Numbered from the whole stretch's first letter, positions 34,252 through 47,015 are shown. The stretch: DNA of 59,835 nucleotides, filler included, from Sphacelaria rigidula (GCA_964200075.2; 7 parts of 7 records of this genome joined end to end with filler, not necessarily neighbours in it); one strand, 5' to 3'. Translations and numbers: made by a program. The notes: a model not told the origin generated them from the sequence alone.

Positions 34252-36929
34252 TGTTCATGGCCGGTTATCCACTTTAGCCCTCCCCCCCCCCCCCCCCCCC
34301 GGCCTACGGCCCCCGAATGAGGTTCGGGCGATCTGGGGGGTGGTGGTGCCGTCATTTCCCGATATGGGGCCCCTCGGCCCAGGGTGCAGCTGCTTGACGC
34401 TTGACACTGTCTCCTGTCTGCCCGAGAAACAGCAGTTTTGCAACTTATAGTCAATGGCATACCGGGAAGCAAGTCGTGTCGTGTATTTCAAAACATTCTT
34501 GGTGGCTCGGACTGGTGCGGGACGACCTAGCGGAATTTGTCGGGAAACGGCTCGCATCTCAGCACCGACTTGCCGCGGACCATTGCGAATGTAGGGCAAC
34601 GGCGATAACACGAACACGGTTTATGCTTCGATACAACTTTACGCTTCCGTGCAATGGCACATCACCATACCGCGGGTGCGTGCGGCAGACCTTCACTTTT
34701 TAGTAGAAGGGCCCAGCCGAGACCACTTGTCATGAAGACGCATATTAGCCTGTTGTCATGCTGCTTCAGACCCGTTGTCGAGTCTGGCTAGTTGCTTCCT
34801 TGAGTTTCGGTAGCCAAGATCGCAGGTCTGTTCAGAGTTGGTCGGGTAGGAATATGAGCTTGAATATTGGTAAGAGATGGCGAGACAGATCGGCTGGAAC
34901 CGATATAGCTTGCCCATCCTTCGCATTACTGTGGTGAGCCGAGTTCCCGGTGGCATTATGATTTCGTGCGGAACCAGTTCTGAACCAAGAAGAAATATAT
35001 ATGTGTACAGGGTGGGATGTATTTGCAGTAAAAGGGGATGTAGTCCGGTTTACAGGGGCCGGGCGACAGCAATCTCGGGAAACGACAGCATGATTGTTTT
35101 GGTTTGAGCCACAGGAGTGTGAGTGTAGTCAAGCATCAGCTGTTATCCTAGTCCTCAACTGCATACGTGGAGGTATCTTACAGGATTTGAAGGTTGAAGG
35201 GTCATGAGTTTGTGTTCAGGAGCACATGGTCCGAAAGGCTGGGGCTGGTGTTGAAGGAAATACAACGAAGTGGAAAATTCCCTGAGCCGGGAGAGCTTGT
35301 TGGAAAGCTACACTTGTGTTCGGGTGCATTTGAGGCATGACGTGTGAGCTTGGTTGAGGGTATCTGGACGAGGCTGAGCGTAAAGTGCATAAGAGGGACT
35401 GACGTGGAGCCAATGTGCGCACAAGGAGCATCCTTAGCGCACCCACCCCCGTCGGTCTCACTCTTCAGCATCTTCCCTCATCAGTCTTGTTTGGTACGGA
35501 TTGGTTTGTTATACTTGGATTTGTGTGGAGACACCAGACTAGGATAATAAAACAATATAAAAACTATTTTCAACCATATTTTGATCTGCGGGGTTCATTC
35601 TTCCCGACATTTGGGTTCTAGCTGTTGAGGACACATCGACATAGCCTCAACAACCCCGTGAACCTACCCTGGAGATTTGACTGAGAAGTCTGCTCCTGTC
35701 AGTACACATACATGTGCATGCGGATGCAATTTTTCAGCTCTAACCAGTTTGAACTGACATTTGTTGCAAAAAATGACAGTACAGTATCCAACCGATGAAC
35801 GGTACAACAGTGTGATGTACGTATGTATGTTGTTCTTGTCTGACTGCATTACTTACTACTACACTTAGCGTGTTGAGTACACTACCTTTCTTTAGTAACG
35901 ACATCCCATTCATGGCATTCATAGGGGGGTGTTGCGAATCTAGATGATACAGTCTATATGCATTGCGTTTAAATAAAGTCGTTGCAACAGAGATGAGCGG
36001 TACGACTTGTGACTGTTCAAAGAAATCACGAACCACGTATCTTTTTCGTGGAGAGTACTTCTTTTTTTTGTTCATTTATAGTCTACTTGTTCGAATGACG
36101 TTTTAAGTAGGATATTGCTGGAATAGGCGCGTTGCCATGATTTGTCAATGAATGATACTCTAGCAGAGTATTTAGGCCACGTAAGCTGAAAGATATCTTG
36201 TGAGCAAGATTGCAGTTGATCTACGCTAAAGAGTTGGCCAGGCTACCGCGTCAGCGGCAGTAATGTTGAATCGGATGATACGATTTGATCTTATGTACGT
36301 GTAGAGCCTTTGACCTTTTGTTCCAGGATTGAGTATGCTTGGATTCGGTGACCTCTACCGCTCTCGCCATCACTCTCCTTTTTTCCCTTCAGCCCTCTGC
36401 TTGGAAAAAAGGCTGTTTGATTTTGTCCGGCCAGGTGAAGAACCCCAACTACCATATGCTATTTTACTTTCTGTCTGCTGCAGAAGCAAGTGGTTTAACT
36501 ACCACTCACTGTGCAACCTCTGCCATACACTACTGTCCACGCGACGGTAGTCTGTCTGTCTCGAGAATAGTACCACATAACACGAGCCAATCTTTACAAT
36601 AGACTTGAACAACGTGGATCTTTGTACTAACTGCACTGTCCATGCGTGTATACGCAAGTCGGTCGTTCGCCGCGGAGTACTGTATGGTATAGTCCAGTAA
36701 AGCACAATATCGCGACCGAGATAATTCGATGCGGCCTCATTTTGTTCGATACAACTTGGTTTTGCCTGCAAATACAGGGAGATTTGGTAGACTGGGGACC
36801 GCAGGGTTTTGCCCAACTAATACAAATTGGGGGGCAGGCAAGACGACGATTTCTGGACAATCTCCGCCGTTCAAATGTCATACGCTGACAACAGTACAGA
36901 CAGTATGCCCATTACAATATATCGCGCAC

Positions 36930-37330
36930 GGCTCACCATGCGTTGCTCAGGCGCTGCCTTGGATGGCACAAACACAATCGCACAGACCACGTTCTGTCCT
37001 ACCGGGAGACCCTCGCGGGGATAGGCTGCGGAAGCATCGAGACGACGGTGAGAAAGAGGAGGCTCCACTTCGCCGATTTCGTCACGCGCATGTCTCCCAG
37101 ACGGATACCGAAGCACGTCATGTTCGGTGAAATAGTAGCCACAAAGGGGCAAAAACAAGGATTCAACGGCAGACACAAGGATTGGATTTGCTGCCTAGGG
37201 GAAGACATGAAGGCGTTCGGTATCGAATGGCAGGCATGCACCACCAGAGCCATTGAATGCAGTAGAGTGGAACAGCTGCGTTGAACAGGGGGCAGAAAGG
37301 TTTATGGCGGACTGGTGCCAAAAAGATGAC
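36930..37330 (+). mobile_element. RTE-clade LINE, degenerate C-terminal ORF fragment
   Basis: LRRCLGW...SYRETL...SIETTVRKRRLHFADFVTRMSPRRIPKHVMFGEI...KDWICCLGEDMKAFGI matches the RTE C-terminal pattern RRLxxxGHxxRMxxxRxPKxxxxGEL...W...DLK. A frameshift follows. Confidence 0.85.
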
Positions 37331-38146
37331 GCAGACAGCGATACGGTACTCGAAAGCTGTAGGGCACGCAGGATAATTGGATGCACGTAAATCCAGGTAC
37401 TCCGGGAGGACCTCCACGATGGCGCAGAGGGGGTCAATTGGGTAGAAGCCCTTAGGCAGAATCCGTGATGTATATATATTCATCAATGCATGTTAAATAT
37501 TGACGAAATCGATCTGATGGACTGAATGATAGACGACTTGGCCTGGATGCTGCTGATGAAGAGTAGCGAACTGGAACGGACTGGGCCAAACACTGAATAC
37601 TGTGGGGAAACCCAACCGCACGAATCGGGAAAACCCATCTCCCTTCCCAGCCACCAATCACACGAGCGCAACACAACCCACACATCCTATAACTGCGTCA
37701 CATATCATAATCTTACATGGAGACATAAAGTACCATAAACCTGCTTGTTGCTACACACCATAAGCGACCGTGCCTATACCAGGAATTATCATGTGTCGCA
37801 TCAGAAATATTCTCATTTTCCGCCGAATTTAACCGTCGCAAACAGTACCCGCACTTGACCGTTTATACCCAATCTTCAACCGAGGTACAAACCTACTCCA
37901 GGCAAATCCAATCAACCATGATGTATATCATACTTGAGTGTGAGTATGTTCGATTACAGGATGCACCGACAGCACCTAGGACCTCGTCACAGCCTACGTC
38001 AGAGATAGTTAGAGCACTGTGTTTGGTTCCTGTCTCTGACTTGCTTACTTTTTACTCCCGGTGGTTCCTTGTCTATTTTTCTTGTCTGTGCCCCCCCACC
38101 CACCCTCGGAAACGAGCCTGGCTCTGTCTTCTTGTCTCTTGTATTC

Positions 38147-38396
38147 GACACTTTCTACGATAGACCCCCCCCCGAAACCAGCTAAATGTGTCACGAAAAC
38201 AATGGCCATACAGCACCTGATGTTCGGGTTCAGGCTGCATGAAGTGCCTCATATTGGCAACATCGGCTAGAACGAACCCAAGCGTGGGGATTCCCAGCTT
38301 CTTGTTGTGCTCGACCTTTCCCATTTCGAATGACGTGAAGATTTTGCCTCCCAAAACCATGCACTTTTTTGGGGGGGGGCTATCGTAGAAAGTATC
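38147..38396. mobile_element. 250-bp MITE with 4-bp TSD (ATTC)
   Basis: ATTC|GACACTTTCTACGATAGACCCCCCCCC ... GGGGGGGGGCTATCGTAGAAAGTATC|ATTC. Confidence 0.75.
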
Positions 38397-40127
38397 ATTC
38401 CCTTCTCTGCGTTTTACTCTTTTAATTATCATTTTTGTCATTTTCCTCCATTTTGTTCCTGTTTCTGATCACGAGCTGGATTGTTGCAATCAGCTTCGTA
38501 GTGCGAGATAATCTGCTCGTTGTGTTCTTTGTGTTTGTGTTTGTGTTCGTGTTTGTGTGTATTTCGTGTGCGTGTTGTGTTGTTATGGTTGTTATTGTTT
38601 TCACTGCTTCCTCTCTTCTTTCCTTTTTGTGGCGGTTATTTCTGTCTTTTTCTGTTCATTTCCTTCTCACTCTAACATCCGATTCTGAACTTTGGAGTTG
38701 AACACTAAAATGGGGTCCGAGCGGCATAACGTTTTAGCAGGAATGGCGCGAAACAGTGACACCAAGGAACAGGGTATCCTATAAAATGAGCTTCGTCATG
38801 AAAATGAGGTGTGAAGAGCCTAGCCGTTGAATGACAGAAAGCCCTCAGGAGTACCGCACGACAGCGCTGATATGCAATTTTGGCGAGGGGTAGCAAGTGC
38901 GTCCGTGGTTGTACGTGCCGCTCATCCCTGGTTCGCTGCGGGCGACGGCGTCAAACTCCACCTTGGTCTGAAGAAAAAGAAGGGACGATAACAACAATTT
39001 GTCCATGGGAAAGCGATTGATTGTCGATGATGTTCTCACTGTTGTGTCTCGAGCCCGTGTCCGGCAGAAAATCTTCGGCGTCAAGCTGCTCGTCAGTGAC
39101 GTGCCGAGGAGAGAAATAACTTTTCAGTATCCCGGAGAAGAGCACATACGAAATCAGGATATAAAAAAGGGATATATATCATGGAGTATTATGACAACGC
39201 GTTTTGGAGAAGGCAATGATATCTAGATATGCGCGGATTCTACTAGGTTCGAGGATATATGACGCAGCAATGGTGAACACTCGGCACGACAACAGCCCTA
39301 CGGCGGGCGGTAGTATGGGAGGAACTCTTTGCAGGAGATAAATCAACCTCATCACGGGTGCATGGGCCCTTGATCGTTTCGATCGTACTCCAATAGATCA
39401 CCTAGGGATCCACCCGAGCAACCCCGAGAATCTTTGTTTCCCTCGGAAAGCCTCACGTGCTGAATCACGACATCACAACGATAGTCGAAGCCCTCGATCT
39501 TCCACGATTGCTGCGGTAAGGAAAAGACAGGAATGCTACACATCAACCCCTAGCCCTCTCCTCCATTGCATCCAATACCGGCTTAGGAATCCTGTCACCA
39601 ACGTTTAGCTTCTCGCACGAAGCGACAACCAGCTCTGCTTGCATCCACTCTACGTCCGGCACCAACTTTCACCTCTTGCTCTTACTGCTGTAGCCAACAT
39701 ACACCAAGGTGTAGTAGATGTAGCATGTAGGATCCTGGGTGATGACCAGAAACAAGGGCATCCTGTGGATGATGAACCTTGCTGTGTAGCCTAAGCCTGA
39801 AGGTACAGGCCGCAGCTGCTTACTTCGTGAATGGAACCTCTAAGAGAAGCTCTTATCGAGCGTGAGGCCAGTGGATTCTGGAGAAGTCCCTCACTGAATA
39901 GCCCTTTTGTCCAGATCGTCTGGCAGAGGCTATAATATCTAAATATTATTTTTCCGGCACTATGTTAGAGGAGTTTTGGCTGAGGAGGGATTGGGCTGCA
40001 GCATGGAGCCAGTTCAGCCCGCAGACGGAAGACAGCTTACAGCGCACAGCATTTGGAGGAACACACGCCGCTAGAGGGACGCTCAACTAAGGCGAGAGTC
40101 TATCCGTGATTTTGAGTCATAGAGAAC

Positions 40128-40817
40128 ATGGCTCAAGTGGTAACGATGCCGCTGCTTTGGGATAAACCGTTAGACACGTCAAAGTATGGCGAGCACAAGC
40201 AACAGGAACAGCTGCCGACTTCGCGGGCGTTTTTCACTCGCTCGTGTTACAATTGTGGAGACCATGGGCATATTTTGAGAAGTTGCCCCAAGCCTCGCGC
40301 TAAAGGCGCTGGGCAAGGAAATGCGCGAGGTGGGTCAAGATCTCGAGGCGGTCGTTATGGCGGACAAGATCGGAGCAACCAGAGATACGGGTGTAGAGAC
40401 AGGGGCCAAAAACGGAAACAAGCGACGGAGAAGTATAATTCCGCCGCTACTGTATCCCCAAGTGAGTTTTCAAGTGATGACGCTAGATCTCCAGGTTCGT
40501 CTGCGTCGGGGCGGCTAACATATGTGGGAGGAGGAAATACTTTGGTGGGGAGTGCTGGAGCGGAAGGCTCGCAACCCATAGGCCCGGCAGGATTCGTGTC
40601 GGGTGTATCTTCCACTGTTGCGACGAATGCAAAATCATCGATGTCAAGTGCTGGAGCGCTGCCTTGGCGTCAAGTGACTCTAGGTACTAACCAGAGTTTT
40701 TCTTCGGCAGGTGCGGTACCTGTCGACCGCAGCGCAGAATCTTTGCGCGCTGATCTATCTATACCCGGTTCTGTTGGTTATTTTTGGCTCGAGTTTTTCT
40801 CGACTCTGGATCAGTAA
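40128..40817 (+). mobile_element. gag: Ty3/gypsy-type gag remnant with CCHC zinc knuckle
   Basis: CYNCGDHGHILRSC knuckle followed by an RGG-rich tract. Very short N-terminal to the knuckle, so the capsid region appears deleted. Confidence 0.8.
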
Positions 40818-41932
40818 CCACACCAATAAGTGTGGGGTTGCTGCAACAGATGTCTTCACAGTTTGGGTACGCCCAGCTACAGCTACCATTTGAAAATGGA
40901 CCGCAAATGGCACAGAGCGCCACGGGTGCGCCCGTGACTGTTTCTCATAAAACGGTGCCTATTGCTGTAAGCGTGCGAACGCCGTGGGGAGCTGTGGAGA
41001 TGTCGCCAATCACTTTCGCGGTCATGCCTGGCAATAATGACGTGATGTTGTTTGGCATGGCGACTATGAAGGAACTCGGGGTAGATTTGTATCCGCTGTC
41101 TTTGGAAAAGTTACGCCCGCGTGCTGTGCCGGTGCAGACCGGCGTGAACAACCCTAGTTATCTTCCGGCTAGGCGGGTGATCGTCCCTCAGTGGTCGTTC
41201 CAAAGTGAGAGCAAGAAGGATACAGGTGGAAATGAAGAGGAAGCTCCTGAGAGTGCAGCCGTACCGCCTATGAGGGTGCAGCCACAGTCACAGGCGACGG
41301 CTGCGAAGGCTCAGCCCAATTGCAACAATCCGGTGAACGCCGGGTGGCTAGCTTCGTGCATTGCAGTTTTGGTGGCGTTTGGGTTACTGTACTGCAGTTT
41401 GCAGGCAAGCTTGGAGAGAGCGGCGATGGAAATGCCGGAAAATTTCTGCTCGCGAGGGGTGAGCGAATCCAAGGTGGGGGCGCACATTCCCCCTCCCCAC
41501 GAGGATATGGCGCATGGTGGGGATAAGGTGCAGGGTACTCACCCGGAGGAGGTGATGAAATTCAATTTCCTCAGCGATGTAGCGAGTGGTCAGCTGGAAA
41601 ATGGTGGGTTGGACGACGGAGATCCGATCCAAGAAAATTTGGTGATCAAAGTCGATGTGAGCAACTTCGTGTGGTTGGAGCCTGCACAGTCTAATGTGGA
41701 GGCGAAGAAGGTGGAGCATTTTCTGACATGGTTCAAAGAAAAAGCGATGGGGTCGCCGGAGGTATGGGTCGGCGATACGAGATGGCATTTGAAGAATCGT
41801 GCGGTGAGAGCCTTTAATGAGGCGTTGATGGATCGTAGACTTCGGATGGTCAATTCGCCGTTGTCCCATCGTAAATGTAAGCGAATGATGGGTGATATTG
41901 CTCATATATATGATGTCAGGTCAGGTGCTTAA
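40784..41932 (+). mobile_element. pol: Internally deleted pol: aspartic protease, hydrophobic segment and degenerate integrase core, with no RT/RNase H
   Basis: VFLDSGS protease motif and MLFGMATMKELG. The C-terminal FNFL...LVIKVDVSNFVWLEPA...WVGDT...NSPLSHRKCKRMM aligns to the rve integrase core. A G-rich tract then TG at ~42659-42684 resembles a PPT/LTR start. Confidence 0.8.
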
Positions 41933-42713
41933 TGAAGATGGTGTGGTGCCCTCGAGAGCTGTTGCTATGCGGGACTGTATGGTTGTTCCCGTTCCATCTC
42001 TCGTTTCGCCCAAAAAAGCGAGTGAAACAGGAGAAATCGTCAATGCGCAAGCTTCTGTGGAGGCGGAGTATTTGTCGCATTGGTTCGGCAGTAAGGACAT
42101 GCTGTTTGGTGGCATGTTGATATTCACCATGGGGGTGCTAGATGTGGCTGCTAGGAGCTACCGTACGAGAGGAATTGTTGATCTATGGTGTGCAGAAGGT
42201 AGTGGTTCTAGTGCTGCTACTTCGCATGAGCGGACTGTTAGCCTACAAAGCGGGGATCACCTGAGATGAGTGATATAGTGGTGAGCTCCGGATTGAATAC
42301 TGTTGAGGAGCAAGTACTTGTGAGGGTGCTTATTGAGTACGAGGATACACATGATGACTGGTATTTCCGAATCGTTTTCTGACGATTCAAGGTTGTTATG
42401 GTGTGCTTTTGGGTCATATTTGTGTTGCTGTTCGCACATGAAGTATGGCAGTAGAGCAGGTGTGCTCGTGTTGCGTTCGCTGGAAAATGCCGGTGTACGC
42501 GTGGAATTTGGTATGCGTGTGTAGTGCTGCTCTGAATAGTGTGCATGATGCATGGTTTGTGCAACACGGGTTGCCTTGCAGGTCCTGAGTCAAATATTGG
42601 CATGCATGTACGAAATTTTGTATGCTAAGTGGGATAATGGCATGAGCCATCCTACGATAGGGGTGGGGGTATTTTGGGGCATCTGTTGCTCGAAATTTCG
42701 AGTCAGATCGTCG

Positions 42714-42813
42714 NNNNNNNNNNNNNNNNNNNNNNNNNNNNNNNNNNNNNNNNNNNNTTAATTAATTAANNNNNNNNNNNNNNNNNNNNNNNNNNNNNNN
42801 NNNNNNNNNNNNN
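42714..42813. other. Artificial contig-joining spacer
   Basis: N-TTAATTAATTAA-N, 100 nt. Confidence 0.98.
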
Positions 42814-43675
42814 AATCAGGCCGAAGAAATCGTGAATTTGGTGATTCGTAGTCGTGATGATTTGTCCTAACCGTGCCAGTTTTATAAAACCAGCATACAG
42901 TGCATTTGATCAACAGAATAATTACACGTATGCGGTTAGCTGTGGATTTTTCGGCTCGACAAGACGAACCCTACGAAAACCCTTCCCTTTTGATCCGAAC
43001 CCCAAGAAGGAACTTTACGGAAGGGGAGAAAAAAAAAAAAAGCGGATTGCAGACTGGTGGGGATACGTGCATCGTCAAACTCCGGTGCAGCACAGTGGGC
43101 ATACCGCTTGCTGTGAATGTGTAGGAGTGACAATGCACGGCCACTATCAACGTCCGGGTGTGTATATACAATATATATATAATGTTCTGTTTTCCTTCAG
43201 TGCCATCTGAAGAAGATATGAAAGAACAACCATTGCTTGCTTGAGAAAAAACAGAAAGGATGGTCAATCACGACTCTCGTCCCGCAATGGTGGCATAAAC
43301 CCGGAGAAAACGGTGGCGTTATCTACACATGTCAAGTACAAGTTTTCAAGGTTGTGTTAAGTTGGGTAACAGGTATTTACTTCCCCAATTTCATTGTTGC
43401 GATGGTCTGATTCCCAACCTCTACTCAATACGATCGCAACACGACTCAATATCTATCGGGTACCAGGATGAGAGTTTTGCTGGACTGAGAGAACTGTCGG
43501 GTACGGGTAACACCGGAGTAAATTCCCTACAGAACACAAACTTGCATGTTTTGATTACACACTACTCAAATCCGTACGTACATGTGATCTATGGATTATG
43601 CAACTATCATCGTCTGTCCTACGTGCACGTGCACACTTGATACATACTTCGCCTGTGTAACATATTCAATGTTTA

Positions 43676-44017
43676 GATTGTGACCTCTTCTGTGATTCCA
43701 AGAAGCATAAACCAGTACATCTGATCTGCGCATTGTGATCTCTTCTGTTGGTCCAGCACACCAAGAGTACTCACTACATCCAACATATTGATCATGACCT
43801 TCCTTGCGCATCCGACACACGAAAACTAGTAGAGCTGACGAGGTGGATCATGAACCGTTGTGCCCCGACAAAACGGGAAAAAAATCGGTACAGGATATCT
43901 AATTGATGAATCATGACTCCTTTGCCTGCCCAACCCCAACCTATCAATACACTAGACATGCGGATCATGACCTCTTCTGTCAGCGCAACTCACTCAAGTA
44001 GGTACATTTGGTATGTG
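43676..44017 (+). repeat. Decayed ~57-bp minisatellite (six units) in an ATAD3 intron
   Basis: GATCATGACCTCTTCTGT-like cores at ~43676, 43731, 43790, 43846, 43908 and 43963. Confidence 0.6.
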
Positions 44018-44058
44018 AATAATGATTTTTCAACATACCGAACGTGTATATCACACAC

Positions 44059-44151
44059 CTCGATGTAACGCCCCACGATGCCTGTGCTGGTCTTAGCCGA
44101 GTAGATGCCGACCGCCGCGGCAGTGAGGGTCACCACCACGGCCGTCATTTC
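44059..44151 (-). CDS. ATAD3: ATAD3 exon (transmembrane segment)
   Basis: EMTAVVVTLTAAAVGIYSAKTSTGIVGRYIE matches ATAD3 TATVAGLTLLAVGVYSAK...GRFIE. AAG acceptor, GAG|GTGTGT donor, phase 0. Confidence 0.9.
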
Positions 44152-44689
44152 CTTCGTAAAGAAATGTACAATGGGAGGGGGAAAAACACGAAAGTTTGGA
44201 TGGGCGTTGAAATATAAAGACAGACAAAAAAGAGGAGGGCAATAGAGAGAAAAGAAAAAGGAAAAGAAAAAGGAAAAACGGTCGCAGGGAACAGACGATA
44301 CAAGGCTCGCTTTTAATTTTGCCTGAACAGTGAGGAGTGACTGTTTCGTGTAGGTCATGCTGCAGGTTATAATATAGTGTGTTGTGTTTGTTTATCGAGA
44401 ACGAAGAGAGAGAGAAAAAAACATGAGAAAGGAAAAAAATGGAACGGACATGGAAGAAGACACGGGCGCTCATTCACTCCCACCACTTACATTCGATTTC
44501 ATGTATCTTTGATGGCTACAGGACGGCCATAACCCACTCCATACTGGACTGGGTGCCAGCAATGTCGATGAAAAACGCAAACCGGGAAAATAGCAAGCAC
44601 ACGCACGTACAGGGGCAAGATGGCTGGACTACGTCTTCTCCGACTTGCGCGAAGTACGCGAGGTAGTCGAGGAGTAATGTAGTGCAGAG

Positions 44690-45282
44690 GTTGAGGAATA
44701 GGTTGTTGACTCAGTTTTCTCTGAAACACCGACTGAAGAACAAGTGTTGTGTAATACGCAGGTATCTGCGGGGGCGCAGGGTTGTCGCATTGGTTCAGCG
44801 GTGTGGGTATCCCGTCTGGTGGTGCGTTGAGCGGCACAGTGGGAGTGCCAGGTGTAGCTAGACTGTTGCTGCGCGGAGCGAGTGTTCGAGGGTAAATGCT
44901 GCTCCATGGTGTGCACGAGGTTGTGGTTCGAGCGCTGCTGTTTCTCATGAGCAGATTGGAGGACTACAAGAAAGGCATCACCTGAGGTACTTGATGTGGT
45001 GAGCGTCGGGTTGTGCGATGTTGCGAAGCAATTGCTGGTGTGATCGGGTGCTTGTTGAGAATGAGGATACACAGTATGAACGGTATTCCTGGAGCGTTTT
45101 GTGGACGATTGTAGGTTGTGGAGTGGTATGTACTGATGTTTGTGCTGCTGTTGGATTACGAGGCGGTTGAGGGAGTATGTGGCATTTTGTGATTTTTTCG
45201 TGATCGGCGATTTTCTTGGGTTCTATTCGCTTGCCACCGCTTACCACTTTGAGGATCTGGAGATATTTGTATCCGCTCCACA
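44690..45282 (+). mobile_element. Diverged copy of the 3' region of the gypsy-like element of contig 5
   Basis: Aligns with ~41990-42435 (TTGTCGCATTGGTTC, ATGGTGTGCA..AGGT.GTGGTTC, ATCACCTGAG, GAGGATACAC). Followed by GAGGGAGTA|TGTGG...CCACA (45178-45282), a possible PPT plus short LTR. Confidence 0.7.
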
Positions 45283-46219
45283 TTCTAAAAAAAATCATCT
45301 GTACTCAACGTTGACTGACTCAAGGGCTGACCGCTCGTCGGAAGTCCTGCCATGTTTAAGCCCAGATTCTTACTCTTCAGTATTATCGGTCGATCGAGTC
45401 TGTCCTGATCATATTTGTGAAGAAGTGTATAGTTATATTCTTCAAAATTTCACCTACTCATAGCAGAAGAGCCGAGAACATGTATTTCACGGTTAATAAC
45501 ACCCTCCTGATAAACGGGGCGTATTGCCCGACAACACCAACCAACACTTGGGCACTGTGTTTCGAGGATGATGTGTTCGTTGTACCAACTACCAATGCCA
45601 AGTTATATCGAAGAGTAGTACGCGAGGAAAACTCCAACGCACCCCTGAAAAGTTAGACCGCCTACTACTGTGTGTCCATTTGTTCCGAAAGGAGCGGTGC
45701 AGGTGGGCTGAAAGAGTGTTGAGATATTCATTCGTACAGTATTTCTACTTTGCGATTATTCCATGCGTTCATCAACATCTGAGATATATCTGAGTGTTTC
45801 CTGGGGTGTATGTCTCAATAACTCTATTTCGACAACGAGATCACCACGGGCGATCAATGATGGAGGCTGAGGTCTGTTTGCCGTTGTTGGATTGTTATGC
45901 ATGGCTTGAACAGCGGTTTGAGTCATGGCTTTCTTCTCACTGTCTTCACGAAATGATAGGCGAAATGAAGCTGTAAAGCTTTCACGAAGGAGAGATGTGC
46001 GATGCAAACGTTTTAACGGAGTTGATTCAACAAGCAAGAGGCCGCGTGTTTCAGACGTGTTGGATGCTCATCTCATTCTAGTTTGAGAATGACGTGTCAT
46101 TTGGCTGTTGCACTCCCTTTCGCAGGTGTTGAACGTGAAAAAAGTGCGTTTTGTTAGTGTGAAGGTACCGTGTCTCGGCTGAGAGAGATACGTATTCATG
46201 AATATTTTTTGTGTCTTCG

Positions 46220-46630
46220 CGGTTCTACACACAATATTTCAAAGCACAAGTACCAAAGCTGGGTTGGGAACTGGCCTGCAACATACTCTTTCGAATCTCG
46301 ACCGGCCAAGGCTTCAAATCGTCCATTCTCACCTCGACTTCGAGAGTTGGACTTCCAGATTTGGTATGGAGAAAAAGCAGGGCAAAATAAACGACCGTAA
46401 GTGACTTTCGGTCATCGAGTGTTGCTTCATGACATCGAGACGTTTCAGTGAAAACTGGATCTCGTTTTCGGCCTCAATCCGTGGAAGACAAGAAAAAATC
46501 CGAATGACGCCGAATTACTTTTTTAATTCTCACCGTATCAACCGCGGTTCTCTACACAAAATTCGGAAGTTCAACTCTAAACATTGAGGTGAGAATGGAC
46601 CTGTAACCTACGGATCCGCTTGTAGGCTGG
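46220..46630. repeat. Compound direct/inverted repeat
   Basis: 46321-46380 is an inverted copy of 46541-46600 (GTCCATTCTCACCTC / GAGGTGAGAATGGAC). 46220-46300 is a weaker direct copy. Confidence 0.55.
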
Positions 46631-46910
46631 CCCAGCTCGTACACATTGGTAGAACAAAACACTGGGAAAATGTATTCGACGGACATATTTTGAACGTCGC
46701 ACCCGCAGAGTTGAGCTACATATAGCCTTTTAAAGCCGTGCGTGCACAGGCATCATGCGATAGTCGTAGTACCAGCAGAACACTGAAAAGACAGTGAGCC
46801 ACTCACCCCTCCCCTTATCACCTATCCAGGACTTTTCACTCAAACAATATCGACCACAAGGGCAAAATGTTATCAAAAGACTGCATTTTTTCGTTTTTTC
46901 ATGACGTTAC

Positions 46911-47015
46911 CTGTCGATTGCTGAGAAATTCCGCCGCTCCGGAACCGATCGTTTGCCCCACCAGCTTGATGCCAGACAAGAGAGTCTGTCGACTCTCTGC
47001 TGCCTTTTGTTTCGA
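46911..47015 (-). CDS. ATAD3: ATAD3 exon
   Basis: SKQKAAESRQTLLSGIKLVGQTIGSGAAEFLSNRQ matches ATAD3 KAAEHRQTVLESI...G..FG.G...F. CAG acceptor, CAG|GTAACG donor. Confidence 0.9.

Noticed and set aside
39730..39780. Minimal hammerhead-like GTGATGA-CCA-GAAAC; also CTGATGA at 37553 and on the minus strand near 32280
   Set aside because: The core starts with G instead of C, the cleavage triplet would be GUG, and the other sites lack stem II or GAAA.
40754..40817. Programmed -1 frameshift between gag and protease
   Set aside because: The overlap before the protease motif has T TAT TTT rather than a canonical X XXY YYZ heptamer. Loss of one T from a homopolymer explains it equally well, and other copies would be needed to decide.
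43676..44017. CRISPR-like pattern of ~18-bp cores and ~38-bp spacers
   Set aside because: The cores are degenerate, the spacers resemble one another, the context is a eukaryotic intron and there are no cas genes. It is a decayed minisatellite.
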